In this document: piece by piece, positions 24,192 to 36,720 of the stretch | How positions within the stretch are numbered: position 1 is the stretch's first letter | Layout of the letters: each line of letters opens with the position of its first letter | DNA from: the human T2T-CHM13v2.0 reference genome, Homo sapiens | Direction: 5' to 3' (one strand) | DNA length: 64,000 bases | Assembly (NCBI RefSeq): GCF_009914755.1 | Contig: NC_060935.1 | Position numbers and translations under genes: made by a program | The notes under the pieces: model-generated | Database searches by the model: none | Seen by the model: only the letters and a program-made list of their open reading frames with translations | What the model was told of the DNA's origin: nothing

Positions 24192-25222
24192 GAACTGTGA
24201 TTTTATCATCATCACCTCTAGAAACAAACTATGGGTTTCCTTAGATTGAAATTTTACTCATTAATATAAGAAATACATTTCTAACATCTAAAGTGAAAAA
24301 TTCACAAAATGTAAAACTTCAATAATGTGGGGTGAACTCTACTGTCCACAAGTGGACAAGTAGCATAGTCCCCCATCATGACTAGGAGGGAGTTGGACTA
24401 CGTGGCTTAGAAATAATTCCTTTCTCACTGCAAGACTCTGAATTTGAATTCAAATCTGCTGTAAAATGAGAACAAAAGAATCACGCTGGCCTCTGGAAGG
24501 CCCTCCAGTCAGCTTGACCTCAGAAGGCTGGATTAGCAGAACTGAAGACAGTTTTCTGAAGCACTGCAAAGATTAGGAATTCCTGGACCAGGGAAGACTC
24601 AGATGGCCAGAGGCCAAGACACAGAGTGCTGGATTATTTTGCTTGGCCCCTGGAAAACAAATGTAAATCTAATCGACAATCAATCAACGTTTATCTTATC
24701 CATAATTGTGCAAAGCTCCATGGTGTAATGTAAAGTAGATACCAGACTTGGTCCCAGAAATCAGACTGAAGCATTAGAAACAGACTGTGTGAGATCCTCA
24801 AAGATGACAATGACCATGAACCTTCCTTTTATCTCAGCAGCTGGGCTATGTTCCCTTAGGCACAGGTCAAACATCAATATTTTCAGTCAAAAACAGTCAG
24901 GCCTGGGTCTCACTTGAATTTGCTCAGAGACAGCACATTCTTCAGTCCCTCTCCTAGACAATATAATACATATTTTGAGAAGTCACACATTTACTTCTGG
25001 ACACAGTTGCAGCATAGGGGTAGGGATGGTATTCCCAAACATGGGAGCGTTGTAAAATGCTCATCAGAAAAGGGAGAGAGCTAGGAGTAACAGAGGAAGC
25101 TCTGGACTGAATATTTTTAACGCTGGCATTTCAGATCCTGGAAGAAAGAGACATCAAAGCCAAATAAATAAAAACAATGTGTGAAAGATACCTGTCCTTA
25201 TCAGACAATTTAAAAATAAACT

Positions 25223-25560
25223 GGCCAGGCATGGTGGTTCACGCCTGTAATCCGAGGACTTTGGGAGGCCGAAGTGGGAGGATTGCTTGAGGACGGGAGT
25301 TTGAGACCAACCTGAGCAACATAGTGAGACCCTGTTTCTACAAAAAAAAAAAAAAAAAAAAAAAATGTTTTTAATTGGCCAGGTGTGGTAGTGCACCTAC
25401 AGTCCTAGCTACTTGGGAGGCTGAAATAGGAGATCACTTGAGCCTAGGAGTTGGAGGCTGTAGTGAGCTATGACTGGGCCACTGCACTCCAGCCTGGGTG
25501 ACAAAACAAGAACCTGTCTGTATTTTAAAAGTAAAAATAAAAAGAATAAAAATAAAATAA
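25223..25560 (+). mobile_element. AluJ
   Basis: Dimer with a long A linker; TSD AAAATAAACT. Confidence 0.9.
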
Positions 25561-25599
25561 ACTGTTATTTTTAAAGCTACTTTTCAGTTCCTTACAGAT

Positions 25600-28500
25600 G
25601 AGTGTTAACTTTTATTCCCAATCAAAAGCCTTTTTATGCATTTAGTCTCAAATTGTCATGCTGCCCACAAAATCTGCAATAAAGCAATTGGAAGCCCTAG
25701 AGTAAACAAAATGTGTTCAGCAGAATGGCAGGCTCAGGAAGCTGATCAGAAATACGCACACACTGTCTGTCGGGGTGTTTTCTGGATTTTTCTCTGTTTT
25801 ATTCATTTATACTAATGTGTGGACAAAAGGGTAGAAAACATTTTGCTACGAATAAAACCCTGAGAATTGTATGTAATTTCTAAGCTTCTCCTTGGGAAAG
25901 AAGCCACAATCTGTTTTCAGACAAGAGTAGAACACTTGCAATTCCCTTTGAAAAACAACGTTCAATTTTCCCTTAAATTGAGATGCCAGAGCAACTAGAT
26001 TGCAATTTAAATCAGAGAACAAAATTAGTCCAGGTACACCGGGGTGGAAGGAAAGGCAGAACAGACACCATGGTAAATCGCCTATGAATTCAAAATGCAG
26101 TCTTCCCCCCAACCCCAGCAGATTTTCACTTCCGACAAATTAGAGAAATAAATTGGCAGTTCACCTACGATTTGCTGATAAACAAACATTTTTCACCAGC
26201 CACTTCATGACCATCTTTTGAGTGGAGCTTTTTTCAGTTCCATAAAGGATTGGGTGTAATGATAATTTTGAAGTTCACAATAACTCTCGGCAGGGCTCTA
26301 ATGAAAAACAAAAATCTACTCCTAATTCCAACCATTTGCCATAACAACAAAAGCCTTTATATTATTAATATTAGTGTGGCCCGAGGGAGAGCTAGAACCT
26401 CAGAGAGGGGCAGGGACTGACAGCAGCTAAAATATTTCATCTCCTGGTTAAACCCCATGAAAGTCAGGTTTCAAGTTGGGTTCCAAAAGCACAAACAAGG
26501 ACCAATATCAGGGGAGGACCTGGCTGAACACCTTCATGTGCAGCAGAAATGAACTGACCACCCCGGATGGACACAGGCTTGCGGCTAAGATTTCCTTGTG
26601 CTTCAATAAATGAATCCATTTGTTGGTTCTTCTTACAAACTGGACTAAAGCTCTGACCTCCACATTTCCATAAAATTCAATACACCTTGGGAGAATCATA
26701 ATCCCAGATTCATGCACTCTTCTCTTTGGGTTCTGTGACCAGCTGAGACCTCAGCTGGCAGAGAATGGTGGGTTTTGTGGGGAGGTGGAGAATATACTGG
26801 GATTGGAGGAGTTTCTATTCCACAGAGGAGCCTTTATCTCTGCAAATATGTTCCACTGTCAGGTTGGCTGGAACCAGACCTATCTCTCCAAGGCAAGGGC
26901 ATTTCAGGACAGAGCCCGAGGTGGTATCTATTTAATCCAAAACTTTGCCATCAATAGAGTGCACAATCTGCCTAGCAGGGTTGTGTGGCTCCCCTTGGGA
27001 AAGGCATCAGTCTCTAGTGAGGATACGTAGCCAGAGATGAGAAGTCCTTCTACAAAATGATTTTTGCAAAGGTTCAAGTAGGGAGAATAGGTGGGGGGCA
27101 GGGTGATTTCCATAACTGTACCATCCTAGTGTTAAATTCCATCCAAGTGGGCTTTTGTGAAAATTATACCAAACGCTGAGAAGCAATAATCACCTGAAAG
27201 CAAAGTGGTCCGTCATTACCAAAAGATTTCAAATTCACCACCTTTTGGGGTAGAAGTGGGTTGGGAGGTGGGGAACCGGGTTTCTAAAAGACACAACGAA
27301 TCACAAATATGCTGATCAAACATCATCAATGACGTCTTATCCCTGAAGGCAAGTGAAGGATACACTGGGATTTAAGGTACCTAGACACTTGCCAACAGAA
27401 TGTGAAGATGTTAGGGATAAACAAACAAGCATCCTTAAATTGCATAGTTTAAAAGTTTAAAAGCAATCTAAGGAATAATTTGACAAATAGTAAGTCTCTA
27501 AACATCAGAATAATATAAACTTCCTAGTGCAGTGAATGGGGATGCTGACTAAATTCATATCTGCTCAGAGACTTTATTCCAGGGCATGAGGCTGAGCTGC
27601 TGCAATGTACACAAGTGGGGTGTAAAGTCAATGGGATTACATTTTCCTAATTATTTTCTGCTTGAGCTTTACAGCACATACACAAAATGAGATCAGCCGG
27701 GACTTGCCTCTCTAACAAATCACTCAGATTTAAACATTGCTCACATAAACAAAGGGGGGTGGGGTGGGGGGAGACAGACACAAGGCTGGGAAAAGACAGA
27801 AAAGGGCTTCTTCAATCACAGTTGCAAGGAACAAAAACCTGGAGGGGAAAGAGAGTTGCTGGACCGCCACCAAATCTCCCCCACTGGAGACAAGAGCCCA
27901 TCTGCTGAGCTCGGCAACTTCGCTTTAACTACCATTCAGCTCGCGTCTCTGCAGAGATCTGTCTGCAGAGCTGGCAGATGGACCCCTGCTTCCCCGAGTC
28001 GCTGTGTTATTTGTTTAATAAATTTAATTAATATCCATACTGCATTGGATTGCTCCCAGAAAAGGGGCTGAAGTGCTCCCTTTCCCCAACAGCTACATGA
28101 TGAGTGATTTCCCAGAAAAGAGCAGATAACAGTGCCCTGGACCACTGAAAAATTAAAAGTACCATGTGCTTACGTTACTTTGCATGTATTAATTTTTTGC
28201 AGTGCACTAATGTACCTCTGACAGGTATTTTAGCCTTATGAAGACATGCAATTCACAAAAAAGGCAGAGATCTCTTCTTTCAGATCACTTAGATTTGTTG
28301 GAATGTTTTTAAAAGAACCCTATTGAATCACATATTCAACATTTTTATCTATTTCTACAAAATGGAGGGCCATAAAGGGTAAGGAGGGTAAGGAGGTAGA
28401 AAGCAGCTAGTGGGCACTTTTAACGAACTGAAAATATTCCTTGTCATATTAAACTCGTATTATTTCCCAAGCTGGAAAAATGTGACTATTGCAAACATAC

Positions 28501-30050
28501 AGGATGGAAAGTGTCTTGGACAAAACCAAGGCGGTAACATACTTCCTCTTTGTTGAGTGGAGTCCCTGCAATCAGTGAGTATGAATTAAAGCAGTGTTAC
28601 ATTAACCTTGCTATTCAATGTCGTTCTGTCCTTCTAGGCAGCACATTTCATCTTAACCTAGATTTTCCATAGTATATTTTTTTAAAAAATCCCTTGAGGA
28701 TGTAAAAGGTGTCTCATGATAAAAGCATTCTGTCCTCAATAAGTTTGGGAAATATGTCCAGAAAGGGTAAATAGGTTTCTTTCCTGCAGGCCTTCTCTGA
28801 GCCTTTAATGTGCAAATAGGCACTGTAAATATTCCTACAGAAGGGGAATGGGATTCAATATAAAAGGCACCACTTTCCAAAACCCAAGCTTGTTTTGTTC
28901 ACCACTATATCCCAGGGCCTAAGACAGGGCATGGCAGATAGTAGGTACTCATTAATACTTGTTGAATGAATGAATACATTAACAAAGATGTGAACTCCCA
29001 ATGGCTTTACTTAGAAATGATCTTTGGGCACCTGAACCTGACCACTGATAAGATTTCTATTTTAAAAAAATGAACAAAAATATTTCCATACTAGGGAAGA
29101 ATTGAAGGTACTTAAACAAAATACTGAATTTAGAGGGTTTCACTTTCAAGGTTCTATTTCCCTATATTAGCTTTATTCTATTGAAACTCCCAAGGTGCTA
29201 TTTCCCTATATGAGCTTTATTCTGCATTTAAACTCCTCTCGACTGCTAAATATCCTACACAATCTCTCCATTCCCTTTCATGAAAACCTGATCTTGTAGA
29301 ATTTTTACACTTCTCAAATCCTTGGCAACACTCTAATTTGTATGTCTTTGATATGCTTAATCCTTTCCTAGAAACGGTGTAATGAATTCAATTTGATCAT
29401 AGGCATTGAACTGGTGAGGAAAAAAAAATTACTCCTTTAACTGAATTATTTTAAGTGCAAAAGTGGACAAAGCCAGAATTATTTTGGGTTTTTTAATAAT
29501 CGCAATGTTAAACTTGGTAAACTGAAATTAGTTTCATTTAAGGTAATAGGAAAAATTTAAGATTATTTTAACGTAGGTTAGCCCTGCTGCATTTTGTTGA
29601 AAACAATTCCCCATTGCTTTCCCTTATGTCAATTTCCTACACTATTCCATCCTGTTGATAAGCACTGATGTCACTAGTTTTTCTCTCACATTTTGAGACA
29701 ACTATAGCCCTCCCTGCTAATTTGATACTCATGGAGAACATACAAAATGGCACTCAATCCTACATAACTAGAATAACTAAAGGATAAAAATATCCCCTTT
29801 AGCTCATTTGGCTACTGAGAATTTCTAAACTTACGGAAAAAATCTGCTGTTACCTGGTGAATCCAAACTACTGCTTGAAGCATTATGTTGAAAGCTCTCA
29901 GAAGACTTCACTAACATTAAACCCCTCAGGAATAAGAAGAGAAATTAGAGAAGGCTGAAACAAGCAGTGCATTAAAAAAGTTTCCTGCACCAAAATGTTT
30001 CTTGAATTGGAAGAAATATATACAATCAATAAATAGAACTCAGAAAATAT
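25600..30050. promoter_or_regulatory. Long repeat-poor block; candidate conserved non-coding or enhancer region
   Basis: About 4.4 kb with only one small L2 end (about 28890-28980); FOX, GATA, homeodomain and E-box motif clusters. Confidence 0.35.
29147..29236. repeat. Imperfect tandem duplication (44/46-bp units)
   Basis: CAAGGTTCTATTTCCCTATATTAGCTTTATTCT... repeated at 29147 and 29191. Confidence 0.9.
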
Positions 30051-30164
30051 TATGGGCTAGATTTTAGGAAACGGGGGAAAAAGAAAAGGCAGGAAACATT
30101 TATTGCTACTATGTGCCAGGCACAATGTTTAGTACTTGTAATAATAATAAGACTAATTAATGAC

Positions 30165-30370
30165 AGCTAGCATTCAGTTAAGTGCCAAATACTGTGATAT
30201 ACCTTTATATGGTATGTGTATTCCTCCCACTAGGTGCTGTAATTAGGAAGAAACTGGAGCTCAGACAGGTTAAGCAATATGCCAAAGGTCCCAAAATGAG
30301 TAAGTGGAATGATGGAGCCCAGATTAGCATCCTACCCATCTGACTCCAGGACCTATATCAACCACTATGC
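30165..30370 (-). mobile_element. MIR
   Basis: GAAGAAACTGGAGCTCAGACAGGTTAAG...TCTGACTCC. Confidence 0.65.
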
Positions 30371-30685
30371 TTTCCCACCTCTTATGTGTATGATCTTATT
30401 TCAGAGGATATATACAATAATGTCAGCATTCTCTCAGCCCCTCCAAAACGGAAAGGAACATGATGAAAATATTTTGCATTAATACTCCAAATATATGGCA
30501 ATAGCAGCAAATTGTTATGACTAAAGGTTATAAAGACTACCCTTGAACTTAACTTCATCAAAATATTAAGTCCATCTAAATTGGCTTAGCTGTCTTCCTC
30601 TAACAGATCTTCTGATCCATAATTCAATGTGATTTACTTTTGCAGGTATAATTTTCAATATTCTACCTAATGTGATGTGCTATAA

Positions 30686-30957
30686 TTTTTCTTGTTTTGT
30701 TTTGTTTTGTTTTTTGAGACATCTCAGCTTATTGCAGCCTCATCCTCTGGGGCTCAAGCCATCTTCCTGCCTCAGACTCCTGAGTAGCTGGGACTGCAGG
30801 TGAGTACCACCACATCTGGCTAATTTTTACTTTTTTTTGTAGAGATGACGTTTCACCATGTTGCCCAGGCTGGTCTTGAACTCCTGAGCTTAAGTGATCT
30901 GCCCACCTCAGCCTACCAAAATGCTGGGATTACAAGCATGCGCCACCTCACCCGACC
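30686..30957 (-). mobile_element. AluJ (partly deleted)
   Basis: (GTTTT)n tail; TSD TGATGTGC(T/A)ATAATT. Confidence 0.88.
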
Positions 30958-31284
30958 TGATGTGCAATAATTGTTTAGGTCCCCCTCTGTCCCTCCCTCC
31001 CTTCAGAAGCAAAAATTAATACAGACACCTGTATTTAACAATTAATCCAGATGAAAGATAAATAAATATCTGTCTATGTATGTCTGCTTTCACTCCAAAA
31101 GAACTAATTTTCTTTTAAGGCAACAGGAAAATTTTAATTCCTAGAACAATTCAACAAATGTTTTGGTTGTCTACCACTTGTAAATATTAATAAGCATGTA
31201 TTGAGCACCTTCTGAATGCTCTCTCTCTGCTACTAGGTGCTGGATGGGATATGTTCTGTTATTCCTACTTCATGTAGACAACGT

Positions 31285-31875
31285 ATTACTTATGTTTTCA
31301 TAGTGTAACAAATGACCCCAAAATTTTGCAGCTCAAAACAACAAACATTATCTCACCATTTCTGTGGGTAGGAAATCTGGTCACAGCTCAGTTGGGTGTC
31401 TCTGGATCAAGGTCTCTCTCATGAAATTACAGCCAAACTATCAGCTGGAGCTGTAGCCTCATCTGAAAACTCAAATGAGGGAGACTCCACTTTCAAACTC
31501 ACTCATGTAGCTGTTGGCAAGATCTAGTTCCTTAAGAGCTGTTCAGTTACAGGCTTCAGTTTCTTGCTGGCTGTTTGCCAGAGCCCTCTCTCAGTTCCCT
31601 GACACGTAGGCCTCTCCATAGGGCTGCTCTCACAGTGTGGCAGCTGGCTTCCTTCAGAGACAGAAAGAGAAAGAGAGAGAGAGAGAGATCCCAAGATAGA
31701 AGCCACAGTATTTATGTAATCTAATGCCACAAGTGAAATCTATCACTTTTTCCATATTCTATTTGTTACAAGTGAGTCACCAGGTCCAGTATGCATTCAA
31801 GGTGAAGGAATTACACAAGATGTAAATACCAGAAGGCAGAGACGACTGGGGGCCATCTTAGACGTTATCTACCAT
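31285..31875 (-). mobile_element. MLT1 (MLT1F-like) MaLR LTR
   Basis: TAACAAATGACCCCAAAAT...AAAACAACAAACATTATCTCAC...GGGGCCATCTTAG. Confidence 0.7.
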
Positions 31876-31895
31876 AGAAAGTCAGCAGTGCTGCA

Positions 31896-32189
31896 TTTTT
31901 TTTTTTTTTGAGACGGAGTCTTGCTCTGTCGCCCAGGCTGGAGTGCAGTGGTGCGATCTCTGCTCACTGAGAGCTCCGCCTCCCGGGTTCACGCCATTCT
32001 CCTGCCCCAGCCTCCTGAGTAGCTGGGACTACAGGCACACGCCATCACGCCGGCTAATTTTTTGTATTCTTAGTAGAGATGAGGTTTCACCGTGTTAGCC
32101 AGGATGGTCTCCATCTCCTGACCTCATGATCCGCCTGCCGCGACTTCCCAGAGTGCTGGGATTACAGGCGTGAGCCACCGCGCCCGGCC
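31896..32189 (-). mobile_element. AluY
   Basis: AGCTCCGCCTCCCGGGTTCACGCCATTCTCC; perfect TSD AGTGCTGCATTTTT. Confidence 0.92.
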
Positions 32190-33134
32190 AGTGCTGCATT
32201 TTTGTGCTTCTAAAGGGATGCATGCATACTCACACAGACACACACACATACACAAATGAACATCTACAAAATAATTCTTGTTTCCAACATTTTTGCTTTA
32301 AAGCTAAATGTACGCATTAAGTAAAATGCCCATGTATACTAAATGCTTTCATCCATTCAACAAATACTTACAGAGTACATAATAGAATTAAAGTCTGTTC
32401 TAAAACTTTTTATAAAAAAAAGAAATAACTAAAATTGTGTTGGAAAATTTCACCAAGACTATAGCCAAGCTCTTCTCCTGCAAGCAGAGACACATGGAGA
32501 ACAAAGTTTAAGACAACCATTGTTCTTTCCAAATTGAAATAACCTCAGCATTTACTGTTACAGACTATTTTTTAAATGTTTCCTCAGGCTAAAGCAGTGA
32601 TGAGCAAATCTACTTGCCTACAGATATAAAACTTTTTAAATATTAGCTTTAATAATAATAATGGGGCTATTTCAGTCTACGTATGCCTTCTTCTTTTGTC
32701 TTATATCTCAATTCATCAGAATTTGAGAGAGGAAGAGGGTATTCAGACTCTATATATTTCAACTAGGGACAATCAATGACAGAAGATGGCACCAACTAGA
32801 TACTACTCCCCTGAAGCTAAGAAAATATACAACATCCTCCAGAATTGTAATTACCTTAAGGAAGAAGCAAAGGAGAAGAGTGAAAGAAAACCATTCTTAA
32901 TTAATAGGGCATTTATCAAAAAAAAAAAAAAAGAACTGAGAAACTCCAGAATAATCTGAATTTACCTTGAATGCACAAGATTTTCCCCCCTCCCCCAACT
33001 GTCATCAGTCAATAAAACTGGGGACTCATGAGCTGAAGCTGGTTCAGTTATAAAGAAATAACATTCCATTTTTGCACAACTAAATTTTGTAAAGATTTAT
33101 ACTCATCACACAAGCAAATAAATGCTTTACAACC

Positions 33135-36100
33135 TGTCTTAGTCTACTTTATGCTGCTATAACAGAATACTTGAGTCTGGGTAATTTATGATAACAAAAA
33201 TTATTTCTCACAGTTCTGGAGGCTGTGAAGTCCAAGACTGAGGGGCCAGCATCTTGCAAGGGCTTTCTTGTCACATCATCCCACAGCAGAAGGCAGAAGG
33301 GCAAGAGAAAATGAGAGACAGAGAGCAAGAGGAGGTTGGACTCATCCTTTTACAAGGAACCCACTCCCAAAATAAGAGTGTTAATCCATTCATGAGGAAG
33401 GGGCCCGCCTCTTAACTCACACATTTGGGAATTAATTTTCCAACACATGCTTTTTGGGGACACATTCAAACCACAGCATTCCATCCCTGGCTCCCAAAAT
33501 TCATGTTCTTCTCATATGCAAAATACATTCATTCAATCCCAATAGCCCCAAAAGTTTTAACTCCTCCAGCATCAACTCAAAAGTTTAAAGCCTCATTTAA
33601 ATATATGGGTGAGATTCAAGGCGTGGTGCAATCTGAGGTAAATTCCCCTCCCGCTGTGAGCCTGTAAAATCAAATGAGTTATCTACTTCCAAAATATAAT
33701 GGTCAAATGGGCATAGGATAGACATATCCATTCCAAAAAGGAGAAATAGGCAACAACAACAAAAAGGTAACCGGTCTCATGGAAGTCCAAAACTAACAGG
33801 GTGAACAATAGCAAATCTTAAAAGTCTAGAATAATCCTTGACTCCATGTGCCATCTTCTGGTCATACCAAGAAAGGTTGGGCCACCAAGGCCTCGGGCCT
33901 CCTTGTCCCCATAACTTTGCTGGGCCCCTCTCATGAAGAACTCTCACAAGTTGGAGTTTTATGCCAGTAACTTTCTCTGGCTGGTACTGTACACTGGTAG
34001 CTCTATAGTTCTGGGGTCTTGATGGTCCCACTCCTGGGGCTCCACTAGGCATTGCCCTAGTGGGAACTCTCTGCAGTGGTTCTGCTCCTGCAGCAGGTTT
34101 TTACCTGGGCCTCCAGCATGTCTGATACATCTTTTGAAATCTAGGTGGAAGTTGCCACAGCCCCACAACCTGTGCATTCTATGTGCCTGCAGAATTAGCA
34201 CCACATAGATACTGCCACATTCACCAGCTTTACCAGTTGTGCCCTCCAGGGTGGTGGCACAGGCTGAATATGGGCCTACTTGAGCCATGGCTGGGGAGTC
34301 TGAGGGGTATTGGCTAGGGAAGCTGAGGGTTAATCACTAGGGAGGCTGAGGGGCATTGCATAGGAATGCAAGGAGCAGAAACTTGAGGCAGTGCAGGGCA
34401 GCAAAGGCTGACTTCCTGCAGGCACTATGGCAGTTCCTTTGGGGCTACTTTGAAGATCTTTGAAATGCCTTCGGGGTCATTCTCCCATTGATGAATAGCA
34501 CCTGGCTTCCTTCTATACATGCTAATCCTTTCATCAAATGGTTACTTGGCTGAACCCCTGCATGCTTCTTTGTTCCTTATTTGTCCAGGCTGTGAATACT
34601 TCAAATCCTTAAGTTCTATTTTCCTTTTAATTATAAAATCCATTTTTAAATCATTTATTTCTTCTATCACTTTACTGTATGCAGTTTAAAGAAGTCACAT
34701 AGATCCTTCAATATTTTGCTTAGAAATTTCTTCTGCCAGATACCCTAATCCATTGCTCTTAAATTCTCCCTTCCATAAAGCCCCTGGGGGCATGGACACA
34801 ATTCAGCCACGTTCTTTGCTGATTTATAACAAGGATGGCCTTTACTCCAGTTTCCAATACCTCATTCGTCATTTCCATATGAGACCTCATTAGACTTGCT
34901 TTTACCATCCATATTTCTACCAACATTCTGAAAATGACCACTTAAGTAACCTCTAAGAAGTTTCAGACTTTCCCTCCCACTATTCTCTACTTCTGAGCTC
35001 TCATCAGAATTTCCCTCAACTCCCTACTCATGGAAGTCTAGGCTTTTTCCAGCATTCACTTCAAAACTGTTCCAGCCTCTACCCATTATCCAGTTCCAAA
35101 GCTGCTTCTGCATTTTCATTTATTTGTGATAGCAGCAGCCTCACTTCTTGGTACCTACTTTCTGTCTTAGTCCACTTTGTGCTGCAATAACAGAATACCT
35201 GAGACTAGGTAATTTATAAAGAGTAGAAATGTATTTCTCACAGTTCTGGAGGTTGGGAAGTCCAAGATCAAAGGGTCAGCATCTGGCCAGGGCCTTTTTG
35301 CTGCATTATGCTGTAAACTAAAAATAAAAACCTAAGCCCCCCACCAACTGAACAGACCTCCTTGTGGTTAAGGGGACCCCAGAAAAACCTTAAAAACTGA
35401 ATTCTTGGCCATGATGGGAAGAAAGGTTAGAAACGCTTCATTATACCTCCTCCCTTTAGGAGTTTAAGCACAACAAATGACCAGCATTAATGTTAAAATA
35501 GAACTCACAAGACTGACAAAACAGACGGTGGCAATAAGACACCAAACTATAAACAAGACCTGAGGCCATACAAGGCAAGGGTTAACTCACGCCTGCGGGC
35601 CATCAGTTTTGCCCCATAGCATCCTTACCTTAACTTAAAATGTTCCTTTCTGCTGACTCTCACATTTAAGACAGAGCTTTATTCCTTTAACCAACTGCAA
35701 ATTGAAGAATCTCTGAACCTACCTATGACCTGTAAGCCCCTGCTTCAAGAGATACCATCTTTGGGGGCCAAAGCAACCTATAACCTCCATATATTGGTTT
35801 ATGACTTTGCCTGTAACTTCTATTTCCCTAAAATGTATATTTAAAAAAACAGAGTTGTGACCTAACTGCCTGAGAACCACTTATTCAAGCCTTCTTGGGT
35901 TTGTGTTTTTCCCTGGGCCAACATCACACTCATATTGGCTCAGAATAAACCTCTTTGAAATATTTTACAGAGTTTGGATTTTCCTGGACAATCTCATGGC
36001 AGAAGACGAAAGAGCAAGAGAAGAGAGAGAGCAGTAGGGGGTCAACTTCATCCTTTTATAAGGAACCTACTCCCTCAGTAACAAATGTATTCCTGCAATA

Positions 36101-36228
36101 ACGGCATTAATTCATTCATGAAGATAGAGCCAGTAATCACCTCTTAAAGGTCCCACCTCTTAACACTGTTGCATTGGGGATTAAGTTTCCAACACCTGCT
36201 TTTTGGAGGACACATTCAAACTGTAGCG
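33135..36228 (-). mobile_element. Complete MST (MSTC-like) MaLR element, LTR-internal-LTR
   Basis: LTR 33135-33478, internal region about 33479-35162, second LTR 35163-36228 (split by MER4). Both LTRs start TGTCTTAGTC and end CACATTCAAAC...AGC(A/G). 5-bp TSD CAACC at 33130-33134 and 36229-36233. Confidence 0.85.
35312..35990 (+). mobile_element. MER4-family ERV1 solo LTR inside the MST LTR
   Basis: TGTAAACTAAAAATAAAA...TAAGCCCCCC start; CACTCATATTGGCTCAGAATAAACCTCTT...ACA end. Confidence 0.8.
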
Positions 36229-36289
36229 CAACCTGTAAAGTGAGAGAGAGACAGTGATAGAGAACTGCTTCGTCAAGGATTATCTTTCT

Positions 36290-36720
36290 AAAGAGTTAAT
36301 ATTTAAGCTGAGATATGCTGGAAGGGAAACTTCCAGGCATGGAAAAAGTAGAAAAAGGACTGCTCCAGGTAGAAGTGTGTTTTCTCATAAGAGAAGGAGC
36401 TTGGCATTCCATAGGAACTAAAAGGAGGCTACTACGGGGCAGATGGGTGAGTTGGAGAGTGGAATAAAATGAGATCACACTGTATGGCTACTGTATGGAA
36501 AGTGGAGAGAATAGGACTGAACTTATGAGGCTGCTGTTGTTATTTAGGTAAGAGATGATGGTGGCCTGGTCAGGATACTATAAATAGAAATGATAGGTAT
36601 GACTGGATAGGAATGGCGAGAAAGGTGAAGAGAGGGAAAGATGAAGGGAGGGTGAGAGGGAAATAACTTCTACTTGGATGACTTCCATGTGTTTGGATTA
36701 ACAACGTGGTGAGCAGTGCA
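36290..36720 (-). mobile_element. L2 fragments
   Basis: GAGGCTGCTG...AGGTAAGAGATGATGGTGGCCTGG. Confidence 0.55.

Noticed and set aside
33777-34288. ORFs in the MST internal region
   Set aside because: Decayed MaLR internal sequence with broken frames.
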